Source of the DNA: a virus
Lineage: Duplodnaviria > Heunggongvirae > Uroviricota > Caudoviricetes
IMG/VR virus record: IMGVR_UViG_2734482556_000013
Strand: one strand, 5' to 3'
Length of the DNA: 44,295 bases
Positions 43,060-44,295 of the stretch are shown one piece after another. How positions within the stretch are numbered: position 1 is the first letter of the stretch; every line of letters starts with the position of its first letter. The translations under genes and the position numbers were made by a program. Under the pieces are notes generated by a model. That model worked only from the letters and a program-made list of their open reading frames with translations. It was not told the DNA's origin and ran no database searches.

Positions 43060-44295
43060 ATGTCTAAATTACCAACAGGTGTCGAGATTCGAGGTAAATA
43101 CATTCGCATCTGGTTCATGTTTCGAGGAAAACGATGTCGGGAAACATTGAAAGGCTGGGAGGTTACTAACAGTAACATTAAAAAAGCCGGGAATTTAAGA
43201 GCGTTGATAGTTCATGAAATCAATTCCGGTGAGTTTGAGTATTTAAGACGTTTTCCCCAGTCCAGCACTGGGGCAAAAATGGTGACAACGAGGGTCATAA
43301 AAACGTTCGGGGAGCTTTGTGATATCTGGACAAAAATTAAAGAAACAGAGTTAACAACAAACACAATGAAGAAAACGAAATCACAATTAAAAACACTCAG
43401 GATAATAATTTGTGAGAGTACTCCGATATCGCATATTCGTTATAGCGATATCTTAAACTACCGGAATGAACTGCTGCATGGAGAAACGCTTTACCTGGAT
43501 AATCCAAGATCCAACAAAAAAGGAAGAACCGTGCGCACAGTTGATAACTATATCGCCCTGCTCTGTTCGTTGTTACGTTTTGCGTATCAGTCGGGATTTA
43601 TATCAACCAAACCATTTGAAGGAGTAAAGAAATTACAGAGAAACAGAATAAAGCCTGACCCGTTATCTAAAACAGAATTCAATGCATTAATGGAAAGTGA
43701 AAAAGGACAGAGCCAGAACTTGTGGAAATTTGCCGTATACTCCGGGCTTCGTCACGGGGAACTGGCTGCTCTGGCGTGGGAGGATGTGGATTTCGAGAAG
43801 GGAGTTGTGAATGTCAGAAGAAACCTGACGATACTGGATATGTTCGGTCCCCCAAAAACAAATGCGGGGATCCGGACGGTAACACTACTGCAGCCTGCTC
43901 TTGAAGCACTGAAGGAGCAATACAAACTGACCGGGCATCATCGCAAAAGCGAAATCACTTTTTATCATCGGGAGTACGGCAGAACCGAAAAGCAAAAACT
44001 GCATTTTGTTTTCATGCCCAGAGTGTGTAACGGAAAACAGAAACCTTATTACTCGGTAAGCAGTTTGGGTGCGAGATGGAATGCAGCAGTAAAACGTGCT
44101 GGTATTCGCCGCCGTAATCCGTACCATACGCGGCATACTTTTGCCTGCTGGCTGTTGACGGCAGGAGCGAACCCGGCGTTTATAGCCAGCCAGATGGGGC
44201 ATGAAACTGCGCAGATGGTGTATGAAATTTACGGTATGTGGATTGATGACATGAACGACGAACAGGTAGCCATGTTGAATGCGCGGTTATCGTAG
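43060..44295 (+). CDS. intR: Tyrosine site-specific integrase IntR
   Basis: 411 aa; C-terminal catalytic region ...HTRHTFACWLLTAGANPAFIASQMGHETAQMVYEIYGMW... with the R...H-x-x-R...Y signature; stop codon is the last triplet of the window. Confidence 0.9.
   Translation: MSKLPTGVEIRGKYIRIWFMFRGKRCRETLKGWEVTNSNIKKAGNLRALIVHEINSGEFEYLRRFPQSSTGAKMVTTRVIKTFGELCDIWTKIKETELTTNTMKKTKSQLKTLRIIICESTPISHIRYSDILNYRNELLHGETLYLDNPRSNKKGRTVRTVDNYIALLCSLLRFAYQSGFISTKPFEGVKKLQRNRIKPDPLSKTEFNALMESEKGQSQNLWKFAVYSGLRHGELAALAWEDVDFEKGVVNVRRNLTILDMFGPPKTNAGIRTVTLLQPALEALKEQYKLTGHHRKSEITFYHREYGRTEKQKLHFVFMPRVCNGKQKPYYSVSSLGARWNAAVKRAGIRRRNPYHTRHTFACWLLTAGANPAFIASQMGHETAQMVYEIYGMWIDDMNDEQVAMLNARLS

Overview
The window reads as a near-complete Rac-family lambdoid prophage of an Escherichia coli-like enterobacterium, running from inside the tail-tip gene J (left edge) to the stop codon of the integrase intR (right edge). 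Module order, left to right: tail genes on the minus strand (J, I, K, L, M, tape measure, G/GT with a -1 frameshift site, major tail protein V), head-tail joining genes, major capsid, scaffold, head morphogenesis, portal, terminase large and small subunits, a ParB-like nuclease pair, the potassium transporter trkG, the lysis cassette (pinholin, SAR endolysin, Rz with embedded Rz1), two tandem lipoproteins carrying a TolA C-terminal domain, antiterminator Q and nin-region genes, an AT-rich accessory island, the replication/immunity module (DnaC-like, ydaU, ydaT, ydaS, racR), and the plus-strand early-left operon (ydaG, ydaF, kilR, ydaE, racC, recE, recT, ralR, ydaC, xis, intR), with sieB on the minus strand. 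The strongest candidate for an undescribed system is a tightly coupled two-gene operon inside the AT-rich island (30360-32399): one protein has a C-terminal Rx4H motif (HEPN-like), the other a C-terminal GNAT-like acetyltransferase motif. The tandem TolA-domain-III lipoproteins sitting at the position where Stx phages carry their toxin are a second candidate. Caveats: two runs of N (859-1162, 3603-3852) and a single N (24539) disrupt J, I and the endolysin, and the two divergent copies of gene I flanking the second gap may be an assembly artefact. All product names rest on my recollection of protein families and reading of the translations; no database search was run. No rRNA, tRNA, CRISPR array or insertion sequence was recognised.
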